Below, piece by piece: positions 8,627-21,898 of a DNA stretch of 64,000 nucleotides. The notes under the pieces are model-generated. The model saw nothing but the letters and a program-made list of their open reading frames with translations. It was not told the DNA's origin and ran no database searches. Location: the NCBI GenBank assembly GCA_965202585.1, contig OZ241834.1:22506001-22570000 (forward strand), given 5' to 3'. Within the stretch, counting starts at the first letter, position 1, and each line of letters begins with the position of its first letter. This stretch comes from Thalia democratica. Its lineage: Eukaryota. A program made the translations under genes and the position numbers.

Positions 8627-11600
8627 AAGTTAATGTTAAGGCTAAATACTTGTATTCATATTTCTTACAAGTTTAATTGATTTAATATCTAATAAGGTAG
8701 CTTGAAGGCATCAAAACAAGTTTTGTTGCTACAATCGATAATTATTATCATTTATTTGGTTGGCATTTATTAGAATATTTTATACTATGTGACACAAATG
8801 CCTCAAAGTAGCTTAATGGCTTTTTCTTTTAACAACATTTTATAAGTAAAATAAACCCTGATGCAACATTCAGTAAGAGAGAAAATATAAAAACTCCTAA
8901 AACCAAGAATGAACTGGTGTGGAGAAAGAAATTTTGTCTTTATCTATTATAAATTCTTCGCTACAAATACTTATAGTGAAAAAATATATCTGAATAGAAC
9001 AAGTTATTTTATTATTTTAACAAACGCTTATTTTATGTACTCATAAATTGTTAATAATACTATTAATATTATAGTGAGTTGCTTAGTAAGACACTTTTTT
9101 TATTAAAAAATAACCTTTATAAACCAAAATTTTGCTATGTTTTTTTTTTGTTTTACGATCCTTTATAACTATAGTTTATTGAACGATAAAAAAAGGTCAA
9201 CATATTTGGTCTTAGGAACTGGTGCACTAAGTTTTATCGAGTTTTGTTTATCGAGTTGCACACTACGGAATACAAATACCTTTTCATGTCATGTCCAGGA
9301 CAGTTAGTTCTGCAAAATTTAAATATCAAATTTTGCCATATTTAGATAATCTTTAATTCTAGCGGTAGTAATTGTTTTACTTTCTTGTACTAAGACATTT
9401 ATATATAAATAAATTGCAGCAAATGAGTTTCAGAAAATCTAGTCTATTTTTAAATTGTCTTCTGTATTATGATAGAACTACTTTAACAATCAATTCAATG
9501 TTAGTTGAGTACTTTTTGGATTCGCAAATGATATCTAAGAGAAAAACAAAAGAGTAAGAAAGATATTTTTATTAAATGTTATTAAATTAAATAAAATGCT
9601 TACTTCAATCTTTTTTTTTAAGATGCAAGAACTTAAATACATTTGTAGACCTTTTTGTTGTTTTTCAGTAAGCATTTTATTTAGTCTTAAAATGTCTAAT
9701 AAAATATGTTTTTTTAGTCAGTAAATTTAGATTATCTTATTATACTCATTTTTGTGACTAAGCAGTAAGATCGTAATTAAAGACGAAAACAGAAAAAAAA
9801 GGTCTATATCTGAAAAACAATTAAATTTATATAAAACAACAAATTCACTAAGTAACAATGTTAATTCGTTAAAATAATAAAATTTAAAGTGTATGTATGT
9901 TTTGAGATACATTCTTAGGACTAAAAAAAGCCAAAATGTCCTACTTTTCTATGGGCTCAAGCACTATCCCAATAACTCCAAACTCGAAAAAAAAGGACTA
10001 AAATTTTCCCTCATTTTAGAATAATCGTCGTGAGAAAACTACTATAAACTTTTTTAAAAACTTTCATTTCAGACACTATTTTTTAAAGTCTAGCTAGCTG
10101 GTGTTCAATGAAAAAGTTAAATTAAATGTGAACATCAACTTTGTTTAGTATAGTGTACTACAATATAGAAAAAATTATCGTTTACTTTTTATAAACATAT
10201 TATCGATTCTTTAAATATTTTACCTTTTTAAGTATTTCATAAATATTTAAATTTATAACAAAAAATATTTCAACATTTGTTTAACTTTTATATTTTTATT
10301 TAAAGTACTTTCTAAATGTCTAAATGTACAATCAAACAAAAAATGTACAGACCAAGTAAAAATTACTACAAAGCTACGCAATAATCAAAATTATTCAAAG
10401 CAAACTCGACATGCAATTTGGTTAATATGAATCTTAATTGGGTTCTAAATTTAAGCAAAATCTTTTGCTGGCTTGTGTACTAACAACTGTTTCTATACAT
10501 TAAAAAAGCCTTTAAAATACATAACAAAAATTTGATCAAAACTTTTATAATTACGAAGTTCAAGATCAACAAAAATAAAATATACTAAAAAGTTTAATAT
10601 ACTAGAAAGATTTAAAGATAAATATATTGTAAAACTATCATTTTAAATGATGAAAACTAAAGAAGATAAAATAGTAATGAATAAAAACTACCTTTAACTG
10701 AGTAATTGTACAAGACGTTAAACTGAATCTAAGTAGTGTACGACTCGACAACTTCTTTCGTAAAATTTTTGAGCATTGTTTTTATTGTTTATAAAACTAA
10801 TGCTTTACTAAAGGAGTAAAACAACTTTGCAACAATAAACTACTCTTAATTATAAACTAGTACGTTTAACATTCTTTTTAAGTTAGAAACTCATAAAGAC
10901 AAGCAAACTAAGACATATAGATTTAAAACTGAATGAGCAACTACTGCTATCTAAAATAAATGTTTGCGGCAGTTTAAAAAAATACTTACTATTATAGTTG
11001 CTGGTATAAAATTTCTAATGATTAAATGATGATTTTTAGTTATGAAATAATAACACGTTCAGAACAAACGTTTATTGGTACTACCGAGAATTCACTGCTA
11101 AGCAGCTCTTCAGGTACAATAATAATTTTTCTGAACGATTTACAATTTTACAATCGCTCACGCTTGTTCGAGCACTTTACTATTATCTAGCTAGCTACAC
11201 AAGTATATTGCCATTGAAATTATAAACATGTTAGGCGGAAAAGTGAGCAGTAGCAAAAATTTTTGTTTCAAGTACTTTATACTACTATCATATACTACAA
11301 AAAATTAATATTAGAGCGTAATAAAACAAGCTTCTTTAATTTGATTGTTCATCATAAAAAGTCTAATGGGCGCAGAAATGTTTGTATAAGTAGTTTACTG
11401 TGCGTAGCTTTTGAAAATTTGGCGAGCCGCTGCTTTAGCAGAGTATCATATGTGTATTGAAAAAAAAATATTACACTAAAATTATTAAACAAACTAAGTA
11501 GCAAGCCACACTTAATTTTTAAGAAGCTCAATAAGCTTACGCCTACATGACCATTACACAAGAAATAAACAAGCAGTTTTTATGAATTCAACAGTTAATT

Positions 11601-12331
11601 AAGCATTCAAATCATTTAAAGGAATTATAAGTTATACAATGATTAACTATATTATTTTAGTTTAACTAAACTTAATTAATCTGAAAAAATTTCAAATGTT
11701 TAAATTTTAAAGATGAAAAGTTTTTACTTTAAACGAGCTGGCCAAAAGTTTTAACAAAAACAAATATCAATGTTCACCTAAGCTACATGATTTGAAGTCA
11801 AAAATTAAACAATATTTACAATTCTTATTTGATCATACAATTTCCAATCAGTAAAAAGTTTTGGCTTCGTTTTATATAACCATGTCAAATAAGTATAGCG
11901 CCGTTAAAAGATAAAAAGAATAAGCAGAGAGTTATTAGTACAAAAGCATAAGGTATTATTTTGAGTAATTTATACTATTTTCTTGTAAGACATATTAAAA
12001 AAAAACATAAAAAAAAACTTCAGTAATTTAGCTATTCATCGTAAACAATCTAGTGTGCACATTAATTCCTTTAAAGTTTGAAAATTTAGCGAGCCGCTTC
12101 GTTAGTGGTGTATAATATGTTTTTAAAAAATGAAGCTAAAACTTTAACTAAAAAACAAACAAAGTAAGCAAGCTACTTTTACTGTTTAGAAGCTCGATTA
12201 GTTTGCGCCTACGTACTTATTACACAAAAAGCAATAAACTAAAATACTTATTACTCAACAGTTTATTAAGCGTTTCGTAATCACTACAAGCTCCATACTC
12301 ATTTCTTACGTAGACAGAGCTGACATAGTTG

Positions 12332-12395
12332 CACGTGTTAATGTTCTCATCCAATCAGAGTTGATGAAAACGCCCGGCCATGTTCGGCATAAATA
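12332..12395 (+). promoter_or_regulatory. Possible promoter elements of the lectin gene
   Basis: E-box CACGTG at 12332, CCAATCAG at 12351 and TATA-like CATAAATA at 12388, within a GC-richer patch ~290 bp upstream of the ATG. Motif matches only. Confidence 0.3.
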
Positions 12396-12679
12396 CGCCG
12401 GTGTATTGTGAGCATTTATTAGTATAGAAATTCTTTAAAGGCGAATGAAAGTGTTGAACCTAGAAGAACTTGAACCATAAGAGCTAAAATGCGTTGTTTA
12501 TTATTTGAAGTTTAAATGTTTAAAAATACTTGAAATTTATATTAAGGCATTTTTCTGTTGTTCTTAAGACAAATGTTTTTTAGTAGTCTAGTTAACAAGT
12601 TTCATAAAACATTGGTATGAATAAAGTTAAACTTTAAACAGCGCATTCAATAATTAAAAACTAAACTTGTATTCAAAAA

Positions 12680-14677
12680 ATGAAGTTATTTTCAATGGCA
12701 GCTGCCCTGCTGTTCTACACGCAGGTGACAGAAACAAAAGGTATGTTTTGAAGTTTCTTATTTTTTGCAACAGCCTTTAGTTTTTCGTAGCAGTATTTTT
12801 TTGTTTTACAGTAAACATAATACCAATTACACATTAGAAGACTTGATCAAGTAAATCAAGTTATATAGCTTTGTTATCGGCCAATGAAATTGCGTCTAGG
12901 AATTTTTTTAGAAAAACAATAATAACGACTGAAAATGACAAACTTTATTATTTGTAACAAATCGGTTAACAGCCCATTGTTTATTAATTTGTTGAGATTT
13001 TTCACAATTAATTATAAATGATAATCTTTATAACTTCGCATATATGTTTTTCGTATGAATATTAATTGTACACAGTTTTGCACTGTAGTTTAGTAAAATT
13101 ACCACCTTTAATCAAATCAGTCATAAAACTATGATTTTCATTTGTACATTTTTTATAACCTTTATGCTAATAAACTTTATTTTTCTTGTGTGCACCAAAA
13201 CACTCTAACTTTTGGTGTATTCAACAAAATGATTTAAAATTTTTACAGAGTGCATCAATTATTTAGTAGACGATAAATTTCAGAGCTTTTCAGGAGCCCA
13301 ACAAAAATGCAAAGAGTTGCACGGGACATTGGCATCAGAAGATTTAAAAGACAGGTTATTTAAGAACTAACAAAAAAGATAACTTTTAAAAGGGTAAATT
13401 TTGATAAGTTACATATTATGATTATGAAGAAACTTTCGAAAAAAAAAAATAGTAGACAAATACAATTTGTTTTATTTTTGATAGAAAAATTGCATTTAAA
13501 AACTTACAGCTGTGCAATAAAACTTTATTTTATTTTACAAATAAAACAAAAAGTTTACTTAAACATTATTGACTCCTAAAAAAAAGTAAAATTTATTTCA
13601 ACCTAAAAGATTATTTGTATACCAAAAAATAAATTACTAAATAAAATTACTACTAAATATAATTACAAAATAACATATTGTTACGTATCAAATAACTTTC
13701 GATTAAGTTTACGTGATACGTCACAATGGGTAGTTTTGTAATTATAAGAAAACATCGCTAATATGGCTTTAATTTTGCTCTGAAGATATGCGTTTTATAT
13801 TGAAACAGTTGTTGGAAATAAAAATAAACGTTTTTTATATGAAAATTACATAACTATAAAGTTGTATAAAACTTGATGTTTCTCCTGGACAAAACGTTAA
13901 AAGGTATCCGTGGTGTGCAACTCGTTAACCCAAAGGTTCTTCGTGCACCTGGTTCCGTGACCAAATATTTTGAGCGTTATTTTTGTTGTTGTTCAATAAA
14001 CTAATTATACAAAATAGTAGGATAAACATATGTTTAGTTAAATTGTCATGTACTTATTTAACGTAAAAGTTTGTTTTGTCTGTATTTATAAACACAAAAA
14101 ACTTTCGAAGTAAGATTCTAGTAAAAAATAAAAGTCATGCAAACAAAATATTATATAACTGTATATGTATCCTAAGGATAATAAAATTCTAAAGATTTAA
14201 CACCTAATTGATAAGACTAAAAATAAGCTTTTGTTTCACAGTTACAACGCCAACATAGCCAAAGCGACAATGGTGGCCTATTACGAAGAAACCACTGAAA
14301 CTGGTTATAATCCAATCTGGCTTGAAATCAGACCCAACAACATGTCAAACGATGCCCACGCGCAATTCAATCCTTTTGCCTTCTCCGACGGGACCGTACT
14401 CAATGTCAGCGACTTTGCTTTCAAGTGGTATACGTATAAGAATAAGACCAACTATAACGAAGGAGATGAGAAAAAATGCGTTTTTCTTGATATGGATTTG
14501 GCGTTGAATGCCGATTATTGTTTTAGCACAGCAAAACCTCTCTGCAAAATCGTTAAAAAATGCGAGGATGCAAACTCTAAATCCGACCGTTCCCGCGTAC
14601 ATTTGCCGGTTTTCGCCCTTTTTTTGGCGATCAGCGTCTTCAAGTTCTACTTTGCGCAAGTCGGCTCTGTCGTGTAA
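12680..14677 (+). CDS. C-type lectin-like domain protein with signal peptide and C-terminal hydrophobic (GPI/TM-like) tail, 200 aa, 3 exons
   Basis: Exons 12680-12740, 13249-13354 and 14242-14677 have GT-AG ends and consistent phases (1, 2). Translation: MKLFSMAAALLFYTQVTETK|ECINY...SFSGAQQKCKELHGTLAS...PIWLEI...FAFSDGT...FKW...KCVFL...ADYCFSTAKPLCK...NSKSDRS-RVHLPVFALFLAISVF. It has the CTLD cysteine spacing and WxG/F-W-x-DG-like motifs. Confidence 0.85.
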
Positions 14678-15959
14678 TCTTTTGGCAATCAGCGTCTTCG
14701 TGCGTGTGGAAACTCGCCTTTTGAGTTTGCACCTGGATCCTTTGGATGAGTTTGTGAGCTTTCAAAAAACAATTTTAATCTTATCAATGAATACCATATC
14801 ATTCTTGTTTTGTTCGTTACTGTGTTCTTTATAAAACATTATCCGTAAATTCTGTCGCTGTAAAATGGTTGACGTGTGCCACTTGGGTAATTTAAGAAAA
14901 AATGCAAATAAGTTGCTTCAACATAGAATTTTATCAAGTTTAATGGTTTTCACATTAGTAGTTAGTTGTCTTTAAAAATATTTTTTAAATTACATTAAGT
15001 ACAAAATAACAAGTTTTGTTAGTAACATTTATACCCACCGTCTTTAATTCTTTTACAGCGCAGTTTCAAAAACAATCACAAAAGTAAGTACAATTAAATA
15101 CAAACTTAAAAGTTATTTTATATCCTTTCTGTGTTACATTGAATTTATTTTAATTTTAAGCTGATATTAAACAAAAAAATAAACCATACTTTTTTAATTT
15201 TCAAATTAAAAATTCAAAGTTTAAGGTTTAATTAACGCAGGTTTAAAGATTAATTTTTTTTTTGTTATTTATCAATAAATATTTTTTACTTTAAACTTAA
15301 CTAAAAACCTCTTTATGGTTATATTCTGAATTACTGCTTTACGATATAATGCATTGTTAAAATATTTGCTAATTAGTAATTGTGCGTTTACTTTGTTAAT
15401 ATATACTTTAATAGTTCTTTACGCTAATAAACTACAACGGCTAAAATACTTAATAGTTGTTTTTGTTAATTAAAATTTTTTAAAGTAGATTGTATCAGTA
15501 AAAAACAGTGGTGATTTTGTTAGTTTGTGCAGAAATTTTCTTGACTTAAAGCATTTGTAGTAAATTAATTTATTAAAAATTTTCTTAATACTAAAACTTA
15601 ACTAGTTTGTTTACTTTGAAATGTACTGTTATTTGAAAATTATATACTTTAAAAAAATATAAAGACATTTTTATTCTTTCTCAACTTAAGTTTATCAAAA
15701 TATATAATTACTTTTTATATAAATTAAACCTATCAGAGTTTTCTCTACATGTCCAGCTATAGAACTTACCTAACCAAAAAAAAATGCTACAAAACAACTT
15801 ATTAGTAAAAAATACATAGAAGTATATCAAATATACATGTAAAACAACATGTATATCATCGAAAAAAAAACAATACCCATTATCAATGAAACATAAAATT
15901 TTCTATAATAAGTGTTTGCATATAACTGTTTTGTTATCAAAGTTTTATTTAAAAACTAT

Positions 15960-17280
15960 AGGTAAACAACGGGTTGACAGCGGATGCACTGCAGTTGTAG
16001 GCATTTGGAAAATTTTCATTTTTAACGTTGTGCCAATTAGGTGAAGCGATAATACAGCAGGCAGTATGTTGGACATCGACGTGAAGGTCTTATTACTTTC
16101 ACGTCGATTGCCTTAGAATTGAACTCATTTAAGGTTATTTAAAAAAAAAGTTTCGTTGTTTTGTTAAATCACAAAATTCATTCCTATAAATATCACTTTA
16201 AATTGAAAATGTTAAACAACCGCTAGTTGACGCATTTCGTTTTGAAAGCAATATAGAATCAACCACCGGTCACGCCGGGTTTTCATGCCTTAATCAGTAT
16301 GTTACATCATACAATCATGTCTTGACCAGGTGATGTTATGTAAGAAAAACGTATGAAAACAGCCGAGCGAACGAGAAGGTAGATCATTTAGATTTAAACG
16401 TTAACAAGAAGCATCACTACGCCAGTTTCCAGTCCGAAGCGACAGTCGCCATTTTGAAATTACAACGTCAATCGAAGTTCTCAAATCTTATCTTATTACG
16501 TCACAATCAGCGATTGTGGCCGCACAAGCACTTCAAATTAATCACTCAAAGCGCTTTTTTGAGTGATTCTATTTAATTACGTCGACGAGGCGCATAGCTC
16601 AAATTGAGGTTTGCGTGTCTTTAATTTCATAACTTATAAATATCGGGGCGTCGAACTCGACTTGAGTTTGTAACGTGCTTTAGAATTATAGCGTATAGCT
16701 AAGTCATTTGATATACAATTCCTAACGAAACCATTACGAGTGGTAATATTCTGATTAAGTCTTTGTTTAGCAAAGAAAATGTAAATATTTCTTTGTGTAA
16801 GTTAAAATTTTATTTTGCTTATCGCACGATCACAATTCAACGACCACGACTAAGAGAACGTGCCCAGCCCAATCCTTCGAGGTAAACCATCAACGGAGTC
16901 TGAGCAAACAACCACTCGTCACACCGCAGTGAAACAGAGCAGGAAGCATATTTCTGCTCATTTTGCTAATTTAGCTGAACTTTGCAGTTATTTGTGTGTT
17001 ACTTGTTTTTTTGTATTTTTTTGTAAATAATAAACTAAAACTATAAAAAAACCTATTGTATCTAATCTAGTTAAATGTCCTCTATTGAAAAAACCTTAAA
17101 AAAGGTTCTTAAACCCCCTAGAACTCGATCCCGCACCGAAATACTATCGCAAACCGTTAACACTTCAGAAGAATGTCCCGGAACCACCGAGAATCTAGCT
17201 CATGTTGAGGCTGCTGAGCCTGTTACAGGGTTGGCTTCAGAGGAATCTCGGGACGCCGGTAACACCTGGAGCATTAAATA
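15960..17280. promoter_or_regulatory. CpG-richer island, candidate promoter/first-exon region (possibly of LARS1)
   Basis: Many CpGs against a very AT-rich background. YY1-like CGCCATTTT at 16447, CRE-like TTACGTCA at ~16495, donor-like GAG|GTAAAC at 16882. The LARS ATG exon has an acceptor at 27620, so an upstream non-coding exon is implied. Confidence 0.35.
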
Positions 17281-20200
17281 TATTAAAAACATATGTATAT
17301 TCTGTACCCCTAACCAACCTTACCCAAATATATGAAACATAAGTCGAAGAAAAGTTTTATTTCTTTCAACTTAAAATAACAACAAGTTAAATATTAGCTA
17401 ATCAGAATTGCCTTAGGTTTGAAAACGAAACTTAAGATTTTTTGAACTTTTATTTACAACAGCTCTGCGTAGAAAACTAAAGTTAGAGAAAAATTCGTTA
17501 CATGTTTAATATAACTTGTTATGCAAATAATATTTCAATTTTTTGATTGAGTTGTTGGAAATTGAATTGTTAGAGTTTTAATTCTCATGTAAACCTAATA
17601 AAATAAGAAATGAATATAAAATGCATATGCAATTATATTTAGTAGGGTTTGTTAATCATTACTAAATTAAATCATTTGTAGATTAATATTTAAGATGTTT
17701 ATCAAAATGACTTTAACTTAACAATTTATATTTTTGAAATTTTTGTTTAAGGTTCTGAATTTACATTTATCAATTTATTTTACATTTAACCTATTTATAA
17801 CATTTAAAAATTAAAGATGGGTTTATAATTTTTTTGCTATTGAAAAGATATACATAAATACCTTTATTTTTTCATTTTAATTTAAAAGTTATTCTATTAC
17901 GTTACAAATATTACTCGAATGATTTAAAACTAGTATATTTTGCTCTTGATAGAATCTATTATTTAATTTTTTAATTGTGGGATTTACCTAATTGACAACT
18001 ACAACTGAGAACTTAGTTAACATGGCCAACACTAAAACTATTTTATTTTTAATATTTTGGACATAAAAGCAGAATAATTACTCCAAGTATTTAATATTTA
18101 TCGTTAAAAATGTTAGGTATATAACAAATTGTAAAAAAAAAGTATAGATATAAGTTTCAAGTAGTTGATCATGTAAAGTTGTTTAAAACAAGTTTACCAA
18201 TTAACATGAAGTTTTGTTCTGTTTTTGTATATGGATGAAGCACTGATTTTAATATTGTGGTGTTCAACTCAGCTTTCTTTAGAAATTCTACGTCATCAGG
18301 CCCATTAGGCCATTGAACTCAAAAAACTTTACACAAAAACACAAAATTTGAGTATTTTATAAAAAAAATCATGGAGTTTTAAACAAAATTTACTTATAAA
18401 CAGGAATAATTTGAAAATTTAAACAATTTTACATGTTAGATATATATTTAATTATAGATTAGATACGCACAATGTATCATCTACAATCTTTATTTTTGTA
18501 CTTTATTTACTATAAAACATTTCACATACAGTATCTTTTCTAAAAGTTTATACTATTAAACACTCTTTTTTATTATTTGTTTTTGTACTAAAAAAGAACA
18601 ATAAAAGTGTACTTATAAAATTAGGGAGAAATTTTTGAAAACTAGTGGCCAGATTTAACAGAATACTATGCTAAATGTTTGTTTTAGCTGGTGTCGCCTT
18701 CAACTGATTGAAATCTAGCAACTATACTAGTGGCTAAACAACTTACTTTAGACTGAAAGTTAATAATGGATCTAATTGTGTTATATTTTTAGTATAGCTT
18801 TAAAACAGTTTAATGACAAAGGTCTATTTAAAATATTGTAATCTGTTTGGGTTAAGATAAACATTTAAATACTAAACTAAAATCATAAGGATGTTTAATT
18901 ACGTTTCTTTTTGAATTTTAGTTATTGTTAATAGTGCTTTATAATTGATGTCTTTTTTGAACAATTTTTTATAGGCTAAATATTTATAACATTGGTTACT
19001 ATAGATAAATATTTTTACTATAATTTACTATGCTCGTTTTTACATATCCTAGCATACAAAAACACTATAATTTTTTTATTTGATTTTAAAATGTGGTAAA
19101 AGAAGGTCAAGTCATTAATTTTATATTATTATAATTAGAGAGTTAATGAAAAAAGATAAAAACACTAATAAAACAATTTCTTTATTATCATAAACAACCT
19201 TTTTTTATTATTTGTAGTAACTCACTTGCTGAATGTATAATGTTAATAATTTAAACAGCATTTATATAAATTAAAAAAAAAACCAAAATGGATCTATTTG
19301 CTTTGGAAATCGGTGAATTTTCAACTATACTGGTTAGTTAAAGTTGTAATAATAATGATTATTTTGTATAAACTTTGAAATTTCATTCAATTGTTTAAAA
19401 TGGCTTTAAAATTCTCTTATGTCTTTTATAAATTATATTAAATGGTTTAAGTGTTTATAATTTTCTTTACTTTAAGTTGTCAATATAAACAATAGAAAGT
19501 TTTAAATTAATTTATTAAAACAATTTATTTATTGTTATATTTTCAAAAGTTCCTCATAAACAAACTGGGATTATCCTAAATAAATGTTGAAGATGCATAA
19601 TTTGATCTTGTATATAAATCTTTCAATTAATCTGATAATTAATTAATTTAATACTAATGAAAGTTTGCCTTAGTGGTAGCGGTGTCACATCAGTCAACAG
19701 CCTACAGTCCTCTTATTATATGTAAGCAATCTTTAAGTGAAGTAGGACTCACTTTTAATCTCTCATTTTTCATTGCTCTCACTCTTTCTTAATTATAAAG
19801 AAAAATGTAAGCACTCATAGTCAATGGAAGTGGTGTAAAGAAATATCTTTTGCAGAATTTCCACTGGAAAGTACATAAAAATTTAACTTAAAAAAACACT
19901 AGATAAAATTAAAATAAACGTAAATTTTTTTTACATAGCAGTTATTAACATCATAATCTATTTTGAATTTTTACCTTGTATTTTTTCAAATGTTGCTGTA
20001 TCTTTTAATTAAAACATGAAACATTAAATAAAAATTACTACTTAATTTTTTTTTTTATAAGATGATTGTGGAAATTTATTTAAGATAAAAACTTATATAT
20101 ATTTTTAAAATATTTTTGATCAAAAAATGACATGCAAAATATTATATGTTAAATAATATTTTTTACAATTGTTAAAGTTTGTTAGAGTGTTTAAAATAAT

Positions 20201-20805
20201 TAAAATCTTATTATAAATAAGGTTTCAAGTATAACTTTTCTCTTAATAAATAAATATAGTATAGTGAAAATTATGCTAGTTAGAGTACAATTGGACTAAA
20301 GTGTTGAAGTAAATTTGGTTAAGAAGGGTCTGTATAAGAAATTTGAGTACTACTTAACTGATACAAGCACAAATAAAAGTGTTAAATTTTAAGAGTTTAA
20401 AAAATAAAATAGTTTATTTTTAATAAAAATAAAATAGCCTTTTTAGTTTTAAGTCTTATAATAACTTAAAACTTCAACTAAATAAAATACCTTAAAATAT
20501 GCTTGAGCCAATAAAGTTATTAGTTTTGCCCTAGGTAGTTAGTATAAAGTTTGTAAAGAATATATGGTTATAAATAAGAAATATCTGTTCAATTTAAGCA
20601 GATATGGAAGTTTTATTTTGTCTAACAGTTTGTTGATTAGTTTCATCTTTTGAAATGTTAAATTCATAGTTTTTGAATTAAGTATTGTAAATATTATTAG
20701 AAGTATTTGGAATTCAAAAATAAGAGACCATTACATTCTCAGATTTAATTTTGAAAGTGAAAAAAAACTAATTTTTGATGTTAAAATACTCATTATGCTT
20801 TTTTA

Positions 20806-21165
20806 CAGGGTTGCCACTTTACCTGGAAACCTGGAAAAACCTCGAATTTGAGAAATTTTGATAAAAACCTGGAAAAACCTTGAATTTTGAACAAAAATCA
20901 CTGGAAAAACCTGGAATTTTAACAACTTTCACATGTTCAGTAGTTATATTTCGATTTGAATCAAAAAATCTATCATATAAATAAAAAAAAAATTGCAATC
21001 ATCAAAAATTTTTTTTATTAAAAATGATATTTAAAGTATTTTACATTATATTACAATGTTTTTTTTACTATTTAACACAGTTTCTTACCTTAAACTAAAA
21101 ATAGACCAAAAAATCTGTACTTTTAAAAACCTGGAAAAATTTTTGAAAAAACAGTGGCAACACTG
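20806..21165. mobile_element. MITE, CAGGGTTGCC family (360 bp)
   Basis: TIRs CAGGGTTGCCACT / AGTGGCAACACTG (1 mismatch), multiple subterminal AAAACCTGGAA motifs, flanked by TTTTTA on both sides. Confidence 0.8.
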
Positions 21166-21898
21166 TTTTTATCATAGTTTATGAATTTATTTAAAATTTA
21201 TAGATATCAGTATTTTGTAAAGCTGTCAGTATAGCAGCTATAATGTTGAAAAAAAATAAAAAACCCGTCTAACAAAACTTTTTATTTATATTTTTGATTT
21301 CAAGTCTATGCAGTACCTTTAATTTACTTTATAAAAGTTATTTAACTTAATTTTAAACACATCTTATTAGATAATCAGATTGTATAAAGAACATTAGGTT
21401 AAGAGAAGTCAGTGTATAACAGAGGCAATACATGTACCATTTTAGTAGCTAGGTGCAGTTTAATCTAATAAAAGCAACAACAATTTTAAGTTTTCTAAAA
21501 AATGATTTTAAACTTGATTTTATTTATAAATATTTTTACTATTAGAGCTACTTAATTTGGGCATGCTCAAATAAATTTAGAAGTGTTTCCCCAGGCAATT
21601 CTTTTAAAATTAGTAGGATATTAGTTTATACTAACAAACATCAATTCAATTTTAGGATATAAGTTTTTTTTTGTATAAAAAGTGTATTTCCATACCTTAT
21701 TGTTTAGTTTCTATCTATTGGAATTTAATAATTTTATAACTATTCATTCACGTAGTGTAAATAGAAGACAAAGAAGTTTGAAGTTTTTTTTTTAGAAGTC
21801 TTTTAGAACCTTTATTTATACTTTATGAAATTAATAATCTTAGTTTTAAGATTTCTAAGATATTTGTCTATGAAAAGTAGTTTGAAGCTAGTTATAAA

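Noticed and set aside
16566-16582. Similarity to a tunicate spliced-leader sequence (ATTCTATTT...)
   Set aside because: Only ~9 nt match in AT-rich DNA, with no following donor or Sm site.
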